DNA of 64,000 nt from Chitinophagales bacterium (GCA_038251675.1 JBBSBD010000003.1:1322-65321), one strand, 5' to 3'; positions 10,766 to 20,941 are shown, counted from the first letter of the stretch. Numbers and translations: made by a program. Notes: generated by a model not told the origin, from the letters alone.

Positions 10766-11506
10766 CTAAATTTGATTCCAGATTTTCCAACTCTCTTCCG
10801 CTTGTATACTAAGCATTTGTTCGCCATTTTCAATAACAGCTCCTTTTTCTTCCGCCTTCGAAAGAAAAAGGGTTTTGGCTGGATTATAAATCAAATCAAA
10901 AAAATAATGATTTTCAGAAATAAATTGATAGGGTAATTCAGGTGCCACATCCATGTGGGGAAACATTCCCGCAGGTGTCGTATTTATTATAATATTAAAT
11001 TCATGCAACATAGCAGCAGTAATATTACCATATCCAATGACGCTATTTTGCAACGAATTTGTTCTTGATACAAAAAGATAGGATATTCCCAGTTTTTTCA
11101 AAACATAAGCTATTGCCTTGGAAGACCCACCAGTACCAAGTATCAGTGCTTTTTTGTGAATGCCTTTTAAATGCGGTTTGAAAGTTTCTTCGAAACCAGT
11201 CACATCGGTATTGAAGCCGGACCATTTTTTATTGGCAATCTTTATACAGTTGCAGGCACCTATCTCCTTACATTCAGCGGAAACTTCATCAAGAAAAGAA
11301 ATAATTTTTGACTTATACGGAATTGTAATGTTCAACCCGCAAAGATCAAAGTTGTTTTTTAAATTAATAACTTCCCTGTCAAGGTCAGGCGTTTCAAAAT
11401 TTAAGTATACACAATTACTTAGATTTTTCTGGATAAACTTTTCTGTAAAATATTTCTGGGAAAATGAGTGGCTTAAAGGATTGCCGATTAACCCATAGAC
11501 TTTCAT
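10766..11506 (-). CDS. aroE: Shikimate dehydrogenase
   Basis: GNPLSHSFS, NITIPYK, NTD, ILGTGG, DLIYNP, QAEESW. Confidence 0.93.
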   Translation of the reverse strand: MKVYGLIGNPLSHSFSQKYFTEKFIQKNLSNCVYLNFETPDLDREVINLKNNFDLCGLNITIPYKSKIISFLDEVSAECKEIGACNCIKIANKKWSGFNTDVTGFEETFKPHLKGIHKKALILGTGGSSKAIAYVLKKLGISYLFVSRTNSLQNSVIGYGNITAAMLHEFNIIINTTPAGMFPHMDVAPELPYQFISENHYFFDLIYNPAKTLFLSKAEEKGAVIENGEQMLSIQAEESWKIWNQI

Positions 11507-12276
11507 TACACAGTTTCTTTATTAAGGTACAAATGAAAGGTGTCTCCCCGAAGCCCGATACGCATTGCTTCAAGGGCAATTATTTCAGATGGTGCAATAT
11601 TGCCAAGATTAACGTTACAACCTATAAGTTCCAGGAAATATAGCTGCTGGGATTTTTGTGGAGCTTCCCACAGAATTTTTTCTTCAGGAATTTGAGTAAG
11701 TATTTCTTGTACCAATCCTTGCCTTACCTCACCGGTGCCGCGATAAATACCAACGTTACCAGCTTCACGAGCCTCTGCTATCACATATTTTGCGCCTGCT
11801 TCCAATTCTGCTTTCATAAGTTCAATCCATTTATACGGCGGAATAATATTTTCAGCATCCTTACTTCCTACTTCACTTAATACTGTTCCAATTTTTGTAA
11901 GCTTTTCAATATAACCGCATTTTTCTGCATGAGGAATTTCGATAGATCCGTCGCTTACCTCCATATAAGTAATATTGAAATCCTTGCAAAGATTTATATA
12001 GTCTTTAAACTGATTGCGTATTAAAAATGCCTCGAACAAAGTTCCGCCAAAATAGACCGGGATTTTGGCGGACTGATAAATTTCAATTTTCTCTCTTAGA
12101 TTGGGTGTGACAAAGGCGGTTCCAAATCCTAATTTAATAATATCAATATGAGGATGTGAAGCACTGATGAGATTTTTTGATTCTTCAACACTAAGGCCCT
12201 TGTCCATTACCATTGTTAAGCCATGCTCCCGTGGCTTGCTTACCCTGTCAGGAATCTGCGAGAGATTAAAGTTCAT
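11506..12276 (-). CDS. comA: Phosphosulfolactate synthase (ComA family)
   Basis: KPR..GLTMVMDKG, KLGFGT, GGTLFE, EVSDG, SEVGSK, WEAP, VNLGNI, LEAMRIGLRGDT. Confidence 0.88.
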   Translation of the reverse strand: MNFNLSQIPDRVSKPREHGLTMVMDKGLSVEESKNLISASHPHIDIIKLGFGTAFVTPNLREKIEIYQSAKIPVYFGGTLFEAFLIRNQFKDYINLCKDFNITYMEVSDGSIEIPHAEKCGYIEKLTKIGTVLSEVGSKDAENIIPPYKWIELMKAELEAGAKYVIAEAREAGNVGIYRGTGEVRQGLVQEILTQIPEEKILWEAPQKSQQLYFLELIGCNVNLGNIAPSEIIALEAMRIGLRGDTFHLYLNKETV

Positions 12277-12299
12277 ACTTAAGTTTTTAGTTTTGGAGC

Positions 12300-12307
12300 C
12301 AAAGATA
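12300..12307 (-). promoter_or_regulatory. Sigma-A -7 element (TATCTTTG) for comA-aroE
   Basis: Exact TAnnTTTG match 23 nt before the ATG. Confidence 0.6.
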
Positions 12308-12348
12308 GTTTTGTAAATCCAATATCCAAAATGGCGGTAGGTTTTTAG

Positions 12349-13779
12349 TTATCTCTTCTTTCTGGGGCCTTTACCTTTGTACAAAGTAATTAATTCCACT
12401 ATTGACTGGTGCTGCAACAGGGATGGATTTAACCCGATAAATTGCTTTACAAGCGCAGGAGATTTTTGCATACCTAGTTCTGCAAGAAGCAATGCTTCTT
12501 TTGATTTGCCTAAAGCAAAAAGCACCACCGCTTCGTAAAATATAAAAAGTGGCTTGTAGCTAGTATTTTTTTGAGCATTATGAACCTGTTCAAGAGCCTC
12601 TTCGTAATATTCTGCATCATAAAGGCACTTGATAAGTTCCTTCCAGCCATTTGAATTTTTAGGCCTTGCTTTTATAAAACCAGAGAAATGAATAACAGCA
12701 TCTTTGATGCGATTCATTTGAACATAGCATTTCGCTAAAGCTAAATGATAATCCGGGTGAGAACGACTTATTCGTATGGCGCTTTCAAGATTTTTTACTG
12801 CACTTTCCCAATATCCCTCATTCATATAGGTGCAGGCAATCTTGTAGTATAAATGACTGTCGTCTGAATTAAGATGGGATGCTTTCCGGTAATGCAATCT
12901 CGCCTGCGCCTGGTTCTTTAGTTTTTCATAACAATGGCCAAGAGCCTCGTAAATCACTTCTTCAGGCATGGAAAGTTCTAATACTTTTTGCAAAACTTCG
13001 ATTGCTTCGCGGTATTTGTGAAGTCTCAGGTACGCATCGCCCATATTGCGATATGCATAATCGAATTTCTCGTCAATCGCAACAGCATATTGGTAAGAAT
13101 CAATCGCTTTTTCGTAAAGCTTTAGTCCCTGGTATGCTGCGCCAAGATTAAACCAGGCTAATTGTGTATAAGGATGCTCTTCAATTATATATTTATGAAG
13201 CTTTATACTTTCCTCGTTACGACCAGTGTAATCAGTCCAAAAACAAATTTTGTATAATGCTTCCTCGTTAGTATTATCCTGCTCAAGAATTAGCCGGAGG
13301 CAATTAAATACTTTGTCAAAATCTTCGTAATCATCGTAAACATCTGCCAGTTCAAAAAGTAATTCTATTTTTTCCTCGCCTTCAAATACATAAATAGCAT
13401 GTTCTAAAATCTCGGCTGCTTTTTGGTGATTATCCAATGCAAGGTGCGCATCAGTTTTTAGAATATATAAATTGATATCTGTGCTATCCAGCAATTCCGC
13501 TTTTTCCAGTAGCGAAAGTGCTTCGCGATATCGTCTTGTAGCAATTAACAGGTCTGCTTTTTTAATAAGGAGTGAAGCTGAATATGGAAATTGTTCCACG
13601 CCAAAATTTGCAGCTTCCACAGCTGCCGGCATATCATCACTTTCATCGAAATAATCGATGATTCGTTCAAACGCATCTTCTTCTAAAAAGGTAAATTTTT
13701 TCCCATCCTTAAAATTATGATACTGTTGAAGTAGTTCCTTAAGTTCCTCTCTGTCCTTTCGATACGGGTTTTCTTTCAT
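12349..13779 (-). CDS. Tetratricopeptide repeat protein
   Basis: TPR signatures (AWFNLGAAY, AYRNMGDAY, YEALGHCY); start moved from the TTG at 13830 to the ATG of MKENPY. Confidence 0.88.
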   Translation of the reverse strand: MKENPYRKDREELKELLQQYHNFKDGKKFTFLEEDAFERIIDYFDESDDMPAAVEAANFGVEQFPYSASLLIKKADLLIATRRYREALSLLEKAELLDSTDINLYILKTDAHLALDNHQKAAEILEHAIYVFEGEEKIELLFELADVYDDYEDFDKVFNCLRLILEQDNTNEEALYKICFWTDYTGRNEESIKLHKYIIEEHPYTQLAWFNLGAAYQGLKLYEKAIDSYQYAVAIDEKFDYAYRNMGDAYLRLHKYREAIEVLQKVLELSMPEEVIYEALGHCYEKLKNQAQARLHYRKASHLNSDDSHLYYKIACTYMNEGYWESAVKNLESAIRISRSHPDYHLALAKCYVQMNRIKDAVIHFSGFIKARPKNSNGWKELIKCLYDAEYYEEALEQVHNAQKNTSYKPLFIFYEAVVLFALGKSKEALLLAELGMQKSPALVKQFIGLNPSLLQHQSIVELITLYKGKGPRKKR

Positions 13780-13899
13780 ATTGTGATCAGATAAGTTATT
13801 CCAAATTACAATTTTTTTTAAAATATTCAAGTTTTCACTTTAACGGCTCTTATTGTAATAATTATATGATAAACGGCGTTTTTTTGTAGAATTAATTCG

Positions 13900-13907
13900 T
13901 ATCTTTG
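13900..13907 (+). promoter_or_regulatory. Sigma-A -7 element (TATCTTTG)
   Basis: Exact match 24 nt before the ATG at 13932. Confidence 0.55.
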
Positions 13908-13931
13908 TTAACAATACACTAATCTTTATAA

Positions 13932-14279
13932 ATGTTTAAGTATTCCAGAATTTTTATAGTGGCTTTAACCTTCTGCGGAATTTGCTTTATTGCTTCTGCA
14001 GATAGGGGAGGTTTTGTGAAGAAAAACAAAACCAGGTTAAATATTGCTACCGCCGGAAACCTCAAAAATTCTATAAGATTTAATCTAAAATCAGAAATGA
14101 ATTATAAGGGAAGTTTCTTAATTAATCAAAGGCAAATAGGAAACACACTGGTAAATGATGCATTAATATCTTATAAAAAAGGAAATACTATTTATTTATT
14201 ACCTTATAAACAAAAAGTATTAATTCCTGAATATACACAGGCAGGAGGATATAAGTTAATTATAAGATCAAGAAAGTAA
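13932..14279 (+). CDS. Small basic secreted hypothetical protein
   Basis: Signal peptide ending IASA-D; own promoter and terminator. Confidence 0.75.
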   Translation: MFKYSRIFIVALTFCGICFIASADRGGFVKKNKTRLNIATAGNLKNSIRFNLKSEMNYKGSFLINQRQIGNTLVNDALISYKKGNTIYLLPYKQKVLIPEYTQAGGYKLIIRSRK

Positions 14280-14299
14280 ATCGAGAACTTTTTAAATAT

Positions 14300-14325
14300 A
14301 AAAACCGCTTATCGCGGTTTTTTTT
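14300..14325. terminator. Bidirectional intrinsic terminator
   Basis: AAAAACCGC-ttatc-GCGGTTTTTTTT between convergent genes. Confidence 0.75.
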
Positions 14326-14349
14326 ATGCACTGTAAAAAATTGAAACGG

Positions 14350-15000
14350 CTATTTTTTTGTCTCATCATAAGTAAGTACCCTGTAGCCTGATTTAGGAAT
14401 TTCAAATTTTGATGCGGGTACACTATCATACGTTATTTTAGACAGCGTAAATTTGAACTTCATTTTTCCTGACTGCATTTCATACTGCACTGCAAGACCC
14501 GGCAAGGTTTTAAATTGATAGTCGTAATTTTTATTAGATAACGTAACATCTGTTGTATAATAAACGGTAAAAGTAGATCCATCCTTCAATTTTGCAACCG
14601 CCTTTCGGCAATTGAAGCCTTCTATAACAGTTGTTTCCCCCGAGTTTTCAAAAGTAATTCCGTCATACTTTTTATTATTCTTTTCCCAGTCTTGGGGTGT
14701 GAGGGTAATCATAAGTTTTTGGCCGCTATAATCTTTTAATATTACACCACTGCCTGTCGTGGCGTTGTGAATAGTCGCTTCACTTCCAAGGCCACTCACC
14801 ATTTCTGTACGGCTCATATTATCTTTTAAATACACGGTAGTTGTGGCGCCGTCAAGCATATCGGCCATTTTAGGTTCTGTACTTCCTGTTTCTACAGATA
14901 TACTATAAACAATGCTTCCTTCATTAAGGGCCTTTTGTGCCTGGGTAAAAAGCGCCATCAAAGAAAATACACTAAAAAGCAATAAGCTGTAAAACTTCAT
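14350..15000 (-). CDS. Secreted GLPGLI/DUF4412-like protein
   Basis: Signal peptide; ETTVIEGFNCRKA, LPGLAV, FEIP.GY pattern. Confidence 0.7.
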   Translation of the reverse strand: MKFYSLLLFSVFSLMALFTQAQKALNEGSIVYSISVETGSTEPKMADMLDGATTTVYLKDNMSRTEMVSGLGSEATIHNATTGSGVILKDYSGQKLMITLTPQDWEKNNKKYDGITFENSGETTVIEGFNCRKAVAKLKDGSTFTVYYTTDVTLSNKNYDYQFKTLPGLAVQYEMQSGKMKFKFTLSKITYDSVPASKFEIPKSGYRVLTYDETKK

Positions 15001-15080
15001 TATTAATTTTTTATAAACTTAATAAATTAAGTTCTTTAAAAAGACTTTATTGATTCAATAATAGTTGCAGGTAACTCTAC

Positions 15081-16934
15081 TCATTTATTCCGGCTGTTAG
15101 ATTTAGCCTTGTCGGACATGCTTTGCAGTTTCTTATTGCTTTCCTGCATTGCCGTAACTCGTTCTTGCCATTTACTTTTGGTAGCGGGTTTCTTTTTGTT
15201 TGCCTCTAACTGTGCAAGTATTTTTTCGTGATCTATGATATATTTCTGAATTACAAACTGTATCAACAAAGTAATAGCATTGGAAACGGTGTAATACCAT
15301 GTGAGGGATGAGGGTAATCTATTAAAAACACCTAACAGGATTATTGGAAAAATAAATGGCATATACTTCATAACAGGGTTGCTGTTATCCTGCATATTAC
15401 TCATCCCATAAAGCGAAATAAGCAGGCTCGTAATTACTGCAAGAATGGTAAAAAGGCTTATGTGGCTTCCGTAAAATGGAATGCTAAATGGCAAATTATA
15501 AATTGAATCGTAAGATGAAAGATCGGTTGCCCATAAAAAACTTTTTCCCCGTAGCGTAATATTAGAATTGAAAAAATTATACAGTGCAAAAAATATGGGG
15601 ATTTGAAGAACCGCCGGTATACAACCACCTAAAGGATTTACACCTGCACTTCTGAAAAGTTTCATCTGTTCCATTCCAAATGATTGCTTATCGTCACCAA
15701 ACTTTACCTTCAGCGCATCAATTTCCGGTTTAAGGAGTTTCATTTTTGCCCCACTTAAATAACTTTGGTAGGTAAGTGGTGAGATTAGTAAACGTATGAT
15801 AATGGTAAGCAGCGCAATCACGAGGCCGAAGCTTGCTATTTTTGAAGTCAAAAAATTGAAAACAGGCATTACAAAACCCCTGTTTATATATTTTACAAAT
15901 GCAAATATGCCCGATCCCAAGGGAACCATATTGTACATTTGATTATTGTAGGATTTTAGTATTTCATAGTCACTCGGGCCGTAAAATAATTGTAATGGCA
16001 CATCAGCAGAACTTCCTTCTGCAATGTTTATTCTTAAGTTGGCTGTTGCTTTTGCAATAATTTTAAGGCTCGTGTCCGCTGGTGTTTCCCATTTTATTTC
16101 TGCGCTTTCAAATTTGTTTTTCGCCACAATTGCCGTTGCAAAAAATTGCTGTTTCAACGCCACCCAATCAACCGGCTTTTCAAACTTTTTGTCATCACTC
16201 TTACCCGCGGCCAGGTGTTCAAAATCATAGTCTCCATTTTCTACATAATCTATATGGGATTGCTGAGTTTCCCATTCAATATCTTTTTCCTGTTTATTAG
16301 CCTTCGCCTGCCAGTTAAGATTTAGCTTATTTTGAGTGAGTAATTTATTACTTCCCTGAAGCTTAATATTAAAATCAATCATATAATTATCTGGTGATAA
16401 AATATATTGATGTTCAACTTTTTCTCCATTTTTTGTTTGCAGAAAATAGCTTACAATGGTTTTACCATCTTGTGTAGTCTGCGGTTGAGAAGGAGTAAAT
16501 AATAACTCCGAAGTCTGGGCCGTCTGATTTTCTCCAATGTTCACCGCGTAAGAAATGTTATTGAAGCGTCCATCTTCCAATATTAGTGGCAGTTTATCGA
16601 AAGTCTGGAAATTTTTAAGTTCGACCTTTTGTGGCTGTCCTCCCTTATTGCTAAAAGTAATTTTGAGAACCTTATTTTCCACGGTCATCAATTCTTCTTT
16701 TGCTGAAGAATCCTGGATCACGTTTGAAGCCAGCGCAATAGTATGGGTAGAGTCAGGTTTTGCTGCTATTTTTATGGAAGTATCAATCTTCGGTTTTAAC
16801 TTATCAAGAGAATCTTGCTGGTGCTGCCTTTCTTTTTCAACCGTAAGCTGACCTTGCCTTGTATAATAAAAATATCCAAAGAATAATACCGCCAATAATA
16901 CAAATCCAATAACCGTATTCCTATCCATTCCCAT
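15081..16934 (-). CDS. yidC: Membrane protein insertase YidC
   Basis: MDRNTVIG start, periplasmic domain, NPLGGCIP..LQIPIF, YYTVSN. Confidence 0.96.
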   Translation of the reverse strand: MGMDRNTVIGFVLLAVLFFGYFYYTRQGQLTVEKERQHQQDSLDKLKPKIDTSIKIAAKPDSTHTIALASNVIQDSSAKEELMTVENKVLKITFSNKGGQPQKVELKNFQTFDKLPLILEDGRFNNISYAVNIGENQTAQTSELLFTPSQPQTTQDGKTIVSYFLQTKNGEKVEHQYILSPDNYMIDFNIKLQGSNKLLTQNKLNLNWQAKANKQEKDIEWETQQSHIDYVENGDYDFEHLAAGKSDDKKFEKPVDWVALKQQFFATAIVAKNKFESAEIKWETPADTSLKIIAKATANLRINIAEGSSADVPLQLFYGPSDYEILKSYNNQMYNMVPLGSGIFAFVKYINRGFVMPVFNFLTSKIASFGLVIALLTIIIRLLISPLTYQSYLSGAKMKLLKPEIDALKVKFGDDKQSFGMEQMKLFRSAGVNPLGGCIPAVLQIPIFFALYNFFNSNITLRGKSFLWATDLSSYDSIYNLPFSIPFYGSHISLFTILAVITSLLISLYGMSNMQDNSNPVMKYMPFIFPIILLGVFNRLPSSLTWYYTVSNAITLLIQFVIQKYIIDHEKILAQLEANKKKPATKSKWQERVTAMQESNKKLQSMSDKAKSNSRNK

Positions 16935-16951
16935 ATTTAAAAATTAGTTGG

Positions 16952-16959
16952 CAAATGTA
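16952..16959 (-). promoter_or_regulatory. Sigma-A -7 element (TACATTTG) for yidC
   Basis: Exact TAnnTTTG match just upstream of the start. Confidence 0.55.
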
Positions 16960-17000
16960 CACAAACTTTAGGGTTCCGATATTACCAACATAACAGCAAT

Positions 17001-17032
17001 AAAAAAGCCCCCGGGTAACGGAGGCGCTTTTT
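17001..17032 (-). terminator. Intrinsic terminator after rplY
   Basis: GC-rich imperfect hairpin flanked by A/T tracts. Confidence 0.6.
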
Positions 17033-17045
17033 GATAAAAAATATC

Positions 17046-17699
17046 TTATTTCTTTGCTGGAGCGGCTTCCGCCTTCGCAGGAGCGGCCTTCGCAGGAGCA
17101 GCCTTGGCATCGCCAGCAGGGGCTACTTTCGCAACGCTTGCTTCTTCCTGCTTAAGTTGACGTGTCATAGTAACTGAAGCTATTGGAATACGAGGAGAAT
17201 TTAAAATTTCCATATTCGCAGCCTTAACATCCTGTACACGAACGTTCTCATTAAGTTTAAGATCTGTAAGATCCATTTCAATATGCTCAAGCAGATACTC
17301 GGGAACAGTTTTCACCTTTAAAGCCTTCATTTTAACGGCCAACTTACCGCCTTCTTTCACCCCTGCCGGAACCCCTGTAAACTTAAGAGGAATTGAAACA
17401 GTAACTTTTTTGTTACCAACTAATTCCAGGAAATCTACGTGTATGAGGTGATCACTTACTTTATCAAACTGGAGGTCTTTCAACACACATTTGTAAGGCG
17501 TTCCGTCCACTTTAATTTCCGCCAGCATAAATTCCGATGTGTAAACGATGCTTTTAAAAGCAGATGCCGGAGCAGAAAAATTAATTTCTTTTGCACCTCC
17601 GTAAATTACACCTGGCACTTTTTCCTCAGAGCGAAGTTGGCGGGTGGCTGCTTTACCAAATTCGGTCCTGATTTGTCCTTCGATTGTAATTGTTTTCAT
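17046..17699 (-). CDS. rplY: 50S ribosomal protein L25 / Ctc
   Basis: VPGVIYG, HVDF, GVKEGG; AAPAK-repeat tail; downstream of prs. Confidence 0.95.
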   Translation of the reverse strand: MKTITIEGQIRTEFGKAATRQLRSEEKVPGVIYGGAKEINFSAPASAFKSIVYTSEFMLAEIKVDGTPYKCVLKDLQFDKVSDHLIHVDFLELVGNKKVTVSIPLKFTGVPAGVKEGGKLAVKMKALKVKTVPEYLLEHIEMDLTDLKLNENVRVQDVKAANMEILNSPRIPIASVTMTRQLKQEEASVAKVAPAGDAKAAPAKAAPAKAEAAPAKK

Positions 17700-17719
17700 T
17701 ATAGTATTTTTTTGAGGCG

Positions 17720-17727
17720 CGAAGGTA
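17720..17727 (-). promoter_or_regulatory. Sigma-A -7 variant (TACCTTCG) for rplY
   Basis: Same octamer as upstream of rpsJ. Confidence 0.5.
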
Positions 17728-17855
17728 AGGAAATTAGTTAAAAGTTCACCTTTTGAAAGTTGATTGTTTGCAAGCTTTCAATTTGGCAGTTAGCTATGCA
17801 AGGTTTAATGGATAGCATTATTAATCATTAAATCATCGAACTATTGAACCATTTA

Positions 17856-18824
17856 CTATTGAACGTTTGGGCTATTCTTTTTTAGCATTTTGCTGCGAAG
17901 AAATAGGCTATTAATGCTTTTATTCTCGTATGCATTTCTTATGGCTATAGCAAAAAGATCGGCAACCGACACTATTTTTAATTTATCAAATCCCCCTTTT
18001 ATTGGAATTGTATCGCAAACTACTAATTCTTCCAGGGCGCTATTCTGTATATTTTCAAAAGCGTTACCACTTAAAACCGGATGTGTGCAAAATGCGCGGA
18101 CACTTCTTGCTCCTTTTTCTTTCAATAAACCGGCGCTTTTTGCAAGTGTGCCCCCTGTATCGCATATATCATCCATTAAGACTATGTCTCTATCGGTTAC
18201 ATCTCCTATTACCACCATGCTCGATATTTCATTTGCCCGCTTTCTGTGTTTATCACATATCACCATTTCTACTTCAAAATAACTGGCCAATTCACGAATG
18301 CGGTTAGCACTCCCAACATCGGGAGCTGCGAACGTGAGATTCTCCAGGTTTAAATCTTCTATATAAGGAATAAAGATGGCCGAAGAATCCAGGTGATCCA
18401 CCGGAATATCAAAATATCCCTGTATTTGCGGAGCATGAAGATCCATAGTAATTACCCTGTCGGCACCGGCAGCAGTGAGCATATTAGCCACCAATTTGGA
18501 ACCTATCGCCACCCGTGGTTTATCTTTTCTATCCTGCCTCGCATAGCCGAAGTATGGGATAACAGCAATCACTTTATAAGCAGATGCACGCTTCGCAGCG
18601 TCAATCATAAGCAACAGTTCCATAAGATTATCTGTAGGGGCGAAAGTACTCTGTACCAGGAAAACAAATTGTCCTCTTATGCTCTCATTATAGTCAACAC
18701 CAATTTCCCCATCACTAAATTTTTGAATATTTATTTTGCCAAGTGGCTCTCCAAACCTTAAAGCAATTTGTCTCGCAAGGTATTGCGACCCTGTACCGGA
18801 AAATATTTTTACATTGGGATGCAT
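17856..18824 (-). CDS. prs: Ribose-phosphate pyrophosphokinase
   Basis: FSDGE, PYFGYARQDRK, DLHAPQIQGYFD, DDICDTGGT. Confidence 0.98.
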   Translation of the reverse strand: MHPNVKIFSGTGSQYLARQIALRFGEPLGKINIQKFSDGEIGVDYNESIRGQFVFLVQSTFAPTDNLMELLLMIDAAKRASAYKVIAVIPYFGYARQDRKDKPRVAIGSKLVANMLTAAGADRVITMDLHAPQIQGYFDIPVDHLDSSAIFIPYIEDLNLENLTFAAPDVGSANRIRELASYFEVEMVICDKHRKRANEISSMVVIGDVTDRDIVLMDDICDTGGTLAKSAGLLKEKGARSVRAFCTHPVLSGNAFENIQNSALEELVVCDTIPIKGGFDKLKIVSVADLFAIAIRNAYENKSINSLFLRSKMLKKNSPNVQ

Positions 18825-18902
18825 TTGGTAATATAGTTAGTGAATACAAATAATTAGACTGGCGAATTTATAATTAATATTGCTTCTATTAAACCAAAAA
18901 AT

Positions 18903-19604
18903 ATGGAAAGTTCTAACAAGTCTTCCACGTCGATAAAAAACTGGGCGGTCGATGACCGGCCAAGGGAAAAGCTTCTTACAAAGGGAAGAGAGAGCTTGAG
19001 TGATTCTGAACTTTTGGCCATTTTAATAAATACCGGCAGCAAAAACAAAAGTGCAGTAGATCTTGCTAAAGACGTTTTGGCGCTCGGTAAAAATAACCTG
19101 GATAAGCTGGGTAAATTATCCTTGATTGAATTAATGACAATAAAAGGAATCGGAGAAGCAAAAGCAATTACGGTAACAGCCGCACTCGAGTTAGGAAGAA
19201 GGCGCCAGGCAATTGCTCCGCTTAATAAAACTTATGTACGTTCAAGCAACGAACTGGCAAGTTATCTAAAGGCTACTCTTAAAGATTATAGCTATGAAGT
19301 TTTTGCTGTTGTATTCTTAAATAAATCCAACAAAATAAACCATTTTGAAATCCTAAGTAAAGGGGGGATGACAAGTACCGTAGTTGACCCAAGAATACTT
19401 TTTAAAAAAGCTTTGGAAGTAGAAGCAACCTCGCTCGTTTTGTGTCACAACCATCCTTCAGGAAGCTTGAAGCCAAGCAGAATAGATGAAGAGCTTACAT
19501 CCAAATTAAAAGAAGCCGGTAAATACCTCGAAATAGGTGTTATAGATCACATTATTGTAAGCGATGAAGGTTATTTTAGTTTTGCCGATGAAGGATTGAT
19601 ATAA
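18903..19604 (+). CDS. radC: RadC family JAB-domain protein
   Basis: RPREKL, LSDSELLAIL, HhH KGIGEAKA, HNHPSG...PS..D, DHIIV. Confidence 0.95.
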   Translation: MESSNKSSTSIKNWAVDDRPREKLLTKGRESLSDSELLAILINTGSKNKSAVDLAKDVLALGKNNLDKLGKLSLIELMTIKGIGEAKAITVTAALELGRRRQAIAPLNKTYVRSSNELASYLKATLKDYSYEVFAVVFLNKSNKINHFEILSKGGMTSTVVDPRILFKKALEVEATSLVLCHNHPSGSLKPSRIDEELTSKLKEAGKYLEIGVIDHIIVSDEGYFSFADEGLI

Positions 19605-19631
19605 AGCCCCAGCCTTGAAGTGTTAGGGACG

Positions 19632-19946
19632 CTATGCCTGGGCAGTAGGACCTCCGAAATTTAGAGGCAATTCCACCGCTTCAATATCTTGTATTGTTCC
19701 ATTTACTGATTCAAATTTCTTTACATTATCTATCATCGCTTTCATAAATCGCTTTGCATGCGTTGGCGTTAGGATCATCCTTGCTTTTACTTTGCTCTTA
19801 GGAGTTCCCGGCATTACATTTACGAAGTCAATCACGAATTCTGCATGGCTATGTGTTATAATGGCAAGATTTGCATAGACTCCTTCTGAAATTTCTTCAG
19901 AAATCTCTATGTTTAATTGATTTGGAACGGTCGGTTGATCGGGCAT
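19632..19946 (-). CDS. DUF3467 family protein
   Basis: GVYANLAIITHS..EFVIDF, ILTP.HAKRF; start moved to MPDQP because the longer ORF overlaps a promoter and terminator. Confidence 0.85.
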   Translation of the reverse strand: MPDQPTVPNQLNIEISEEISEGVYANLAIITHSHAEFVIDFVNVMPGTPKSKVKARMILTPTHAKRFMKAMIDNVKKFESVNGTIQDIEAVELPLNFGGPTAQA

Positions 19947-19966
19947 ATCTATAATAATTTGAATTG

Positions 19967-19974
19967 CAAATATA
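19967..19974 (-). promoter_or_regulatory. Sigma-A -7 element (TATATTTG)
   Basis: Exact match 20 nt before the ATG at 19946. Confidence 0.6.
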
Positions 19975-20008
19975 AAAAGGGGGCCTCGCAATACGAAGCC
20001 CCTTTTTA
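19974..20008 (-). terminator. Intrinsic terminator of the SusC/D-lipoprotein operon
   Basis: AAAAAGGGGGC...GCCCCTTTTT inverted repeat. Confidence 0.7.
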
Positions 20009-20077
20009 TTTTCAATATTTTGAGTTTGCATTCCCCATAATAATGATTGACGAGGATTACAAAAGAGCATTTAATAA

Positions 20078-20941
20078 TTACCTGCTCAGCACAGTAACAA
20101 CAGTCCCAAAGCTTCCTGCAGCCACACTGGTTGTATAACTTACAGAAATAGTGTTATCACACGAAGAAAAAGTACCGCGTCCCGAAGCCCTGCTGGTTGA
20201 AAGGCCATAAGGTGGAACGACTCCCAACGATTGGGTCGGAAATGTTGTAAAAAAATCAGCAGGGTCGCTCCAGTCTATGCTTACAGTTACCCCCGTATCA
20301 TACGTAAGATCGCCAGGCCCGAAAGGCCCGAAATAATAATCACCAAAATTCTGTATCACCAGATCGGCTGATGTAGGGCCGGTGGCAGTAGCGGAAACTA
20401 CAGTTGTTGTATAAGGCCCGTACGAATCCGGATCCTCGTCATAAGTGTTATCATAGTCTCCAAGTAAAGCATTCAAATCCACGTTACAATACTTTTGGAG
20501 AATCAGTGTATAAACATCTGATCCAACTAAAGATGGTACATCGCCGCCGGTTATTGTAAAGATCAGCGTATCCCTTCTCCCGGTAGGGTAAGCCGAAAAA
20601 ATGCCATTTAAAGCGATTGAATCTACTGTTTGCCCTGCGGGAATTGTAATGGTGTTGGTAGCAAGTATGTATTGCTGCCCTTCAACTGCACCACTGGGTG
20701 ATGATACGGTAAATTGAATACTTATGCTTTTGTCCGGCACCCTGGTAATTCCGAGAGGAATTTTAAAAACTGAATTCGGGTCATTTGTGATAAAATAACT
20801 GCCGGCATCAGAGCCAAATAATGATGCTGTAGTGTTGGGTGTAATAATTTTATCTTTTTGGCAACCAGATAAAAAAAACATCGCACTTATCAGAACAGCA
20901 ATAAAAGTAAATGTTGATTTAAATATATTTTTCATATTCAT
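20078..20941 (-). CDS. Surface lipoprotein in SusE position (Ig-like N-terminal domain)
   Basis: Lipobox LSG-C followed by QKDK; TITIPAG motif; directly downstream of SusD. Confidence 0.75.
   Translation of the reverse strand: MNMKNIFKSTFTFIAVLISAMFFLSGCQKDKIITPNTTASLFGSDAGSYFITNDPNSVFKIPLGITRVPDKSISIQFTVSSPSGAVEGQQYILATNTITIPAGQTVDSIALNGIFSAYPTGRRDTLIFTITGGDVPSLVGSDVYTLILQKYCNVDLNALLGDYDNTYDEDPDSYGPYTTTVVSATATGPTSADLVIQNFGDYYFGPFGPGDLTYDTGVTVSIDWSDPADFFTTFPTQSLGVVPPYGLSTSRASGRGTFSSCDNTISVSYTTSVAAGSFGTVVTVLSR

Noticed and set aside
18903-19604. radC as a marker of a mobile element
   Set aside because: Full-length HhH+JAB chromosomal form among housekeeping genes; no integrase or transfer genes nearby.
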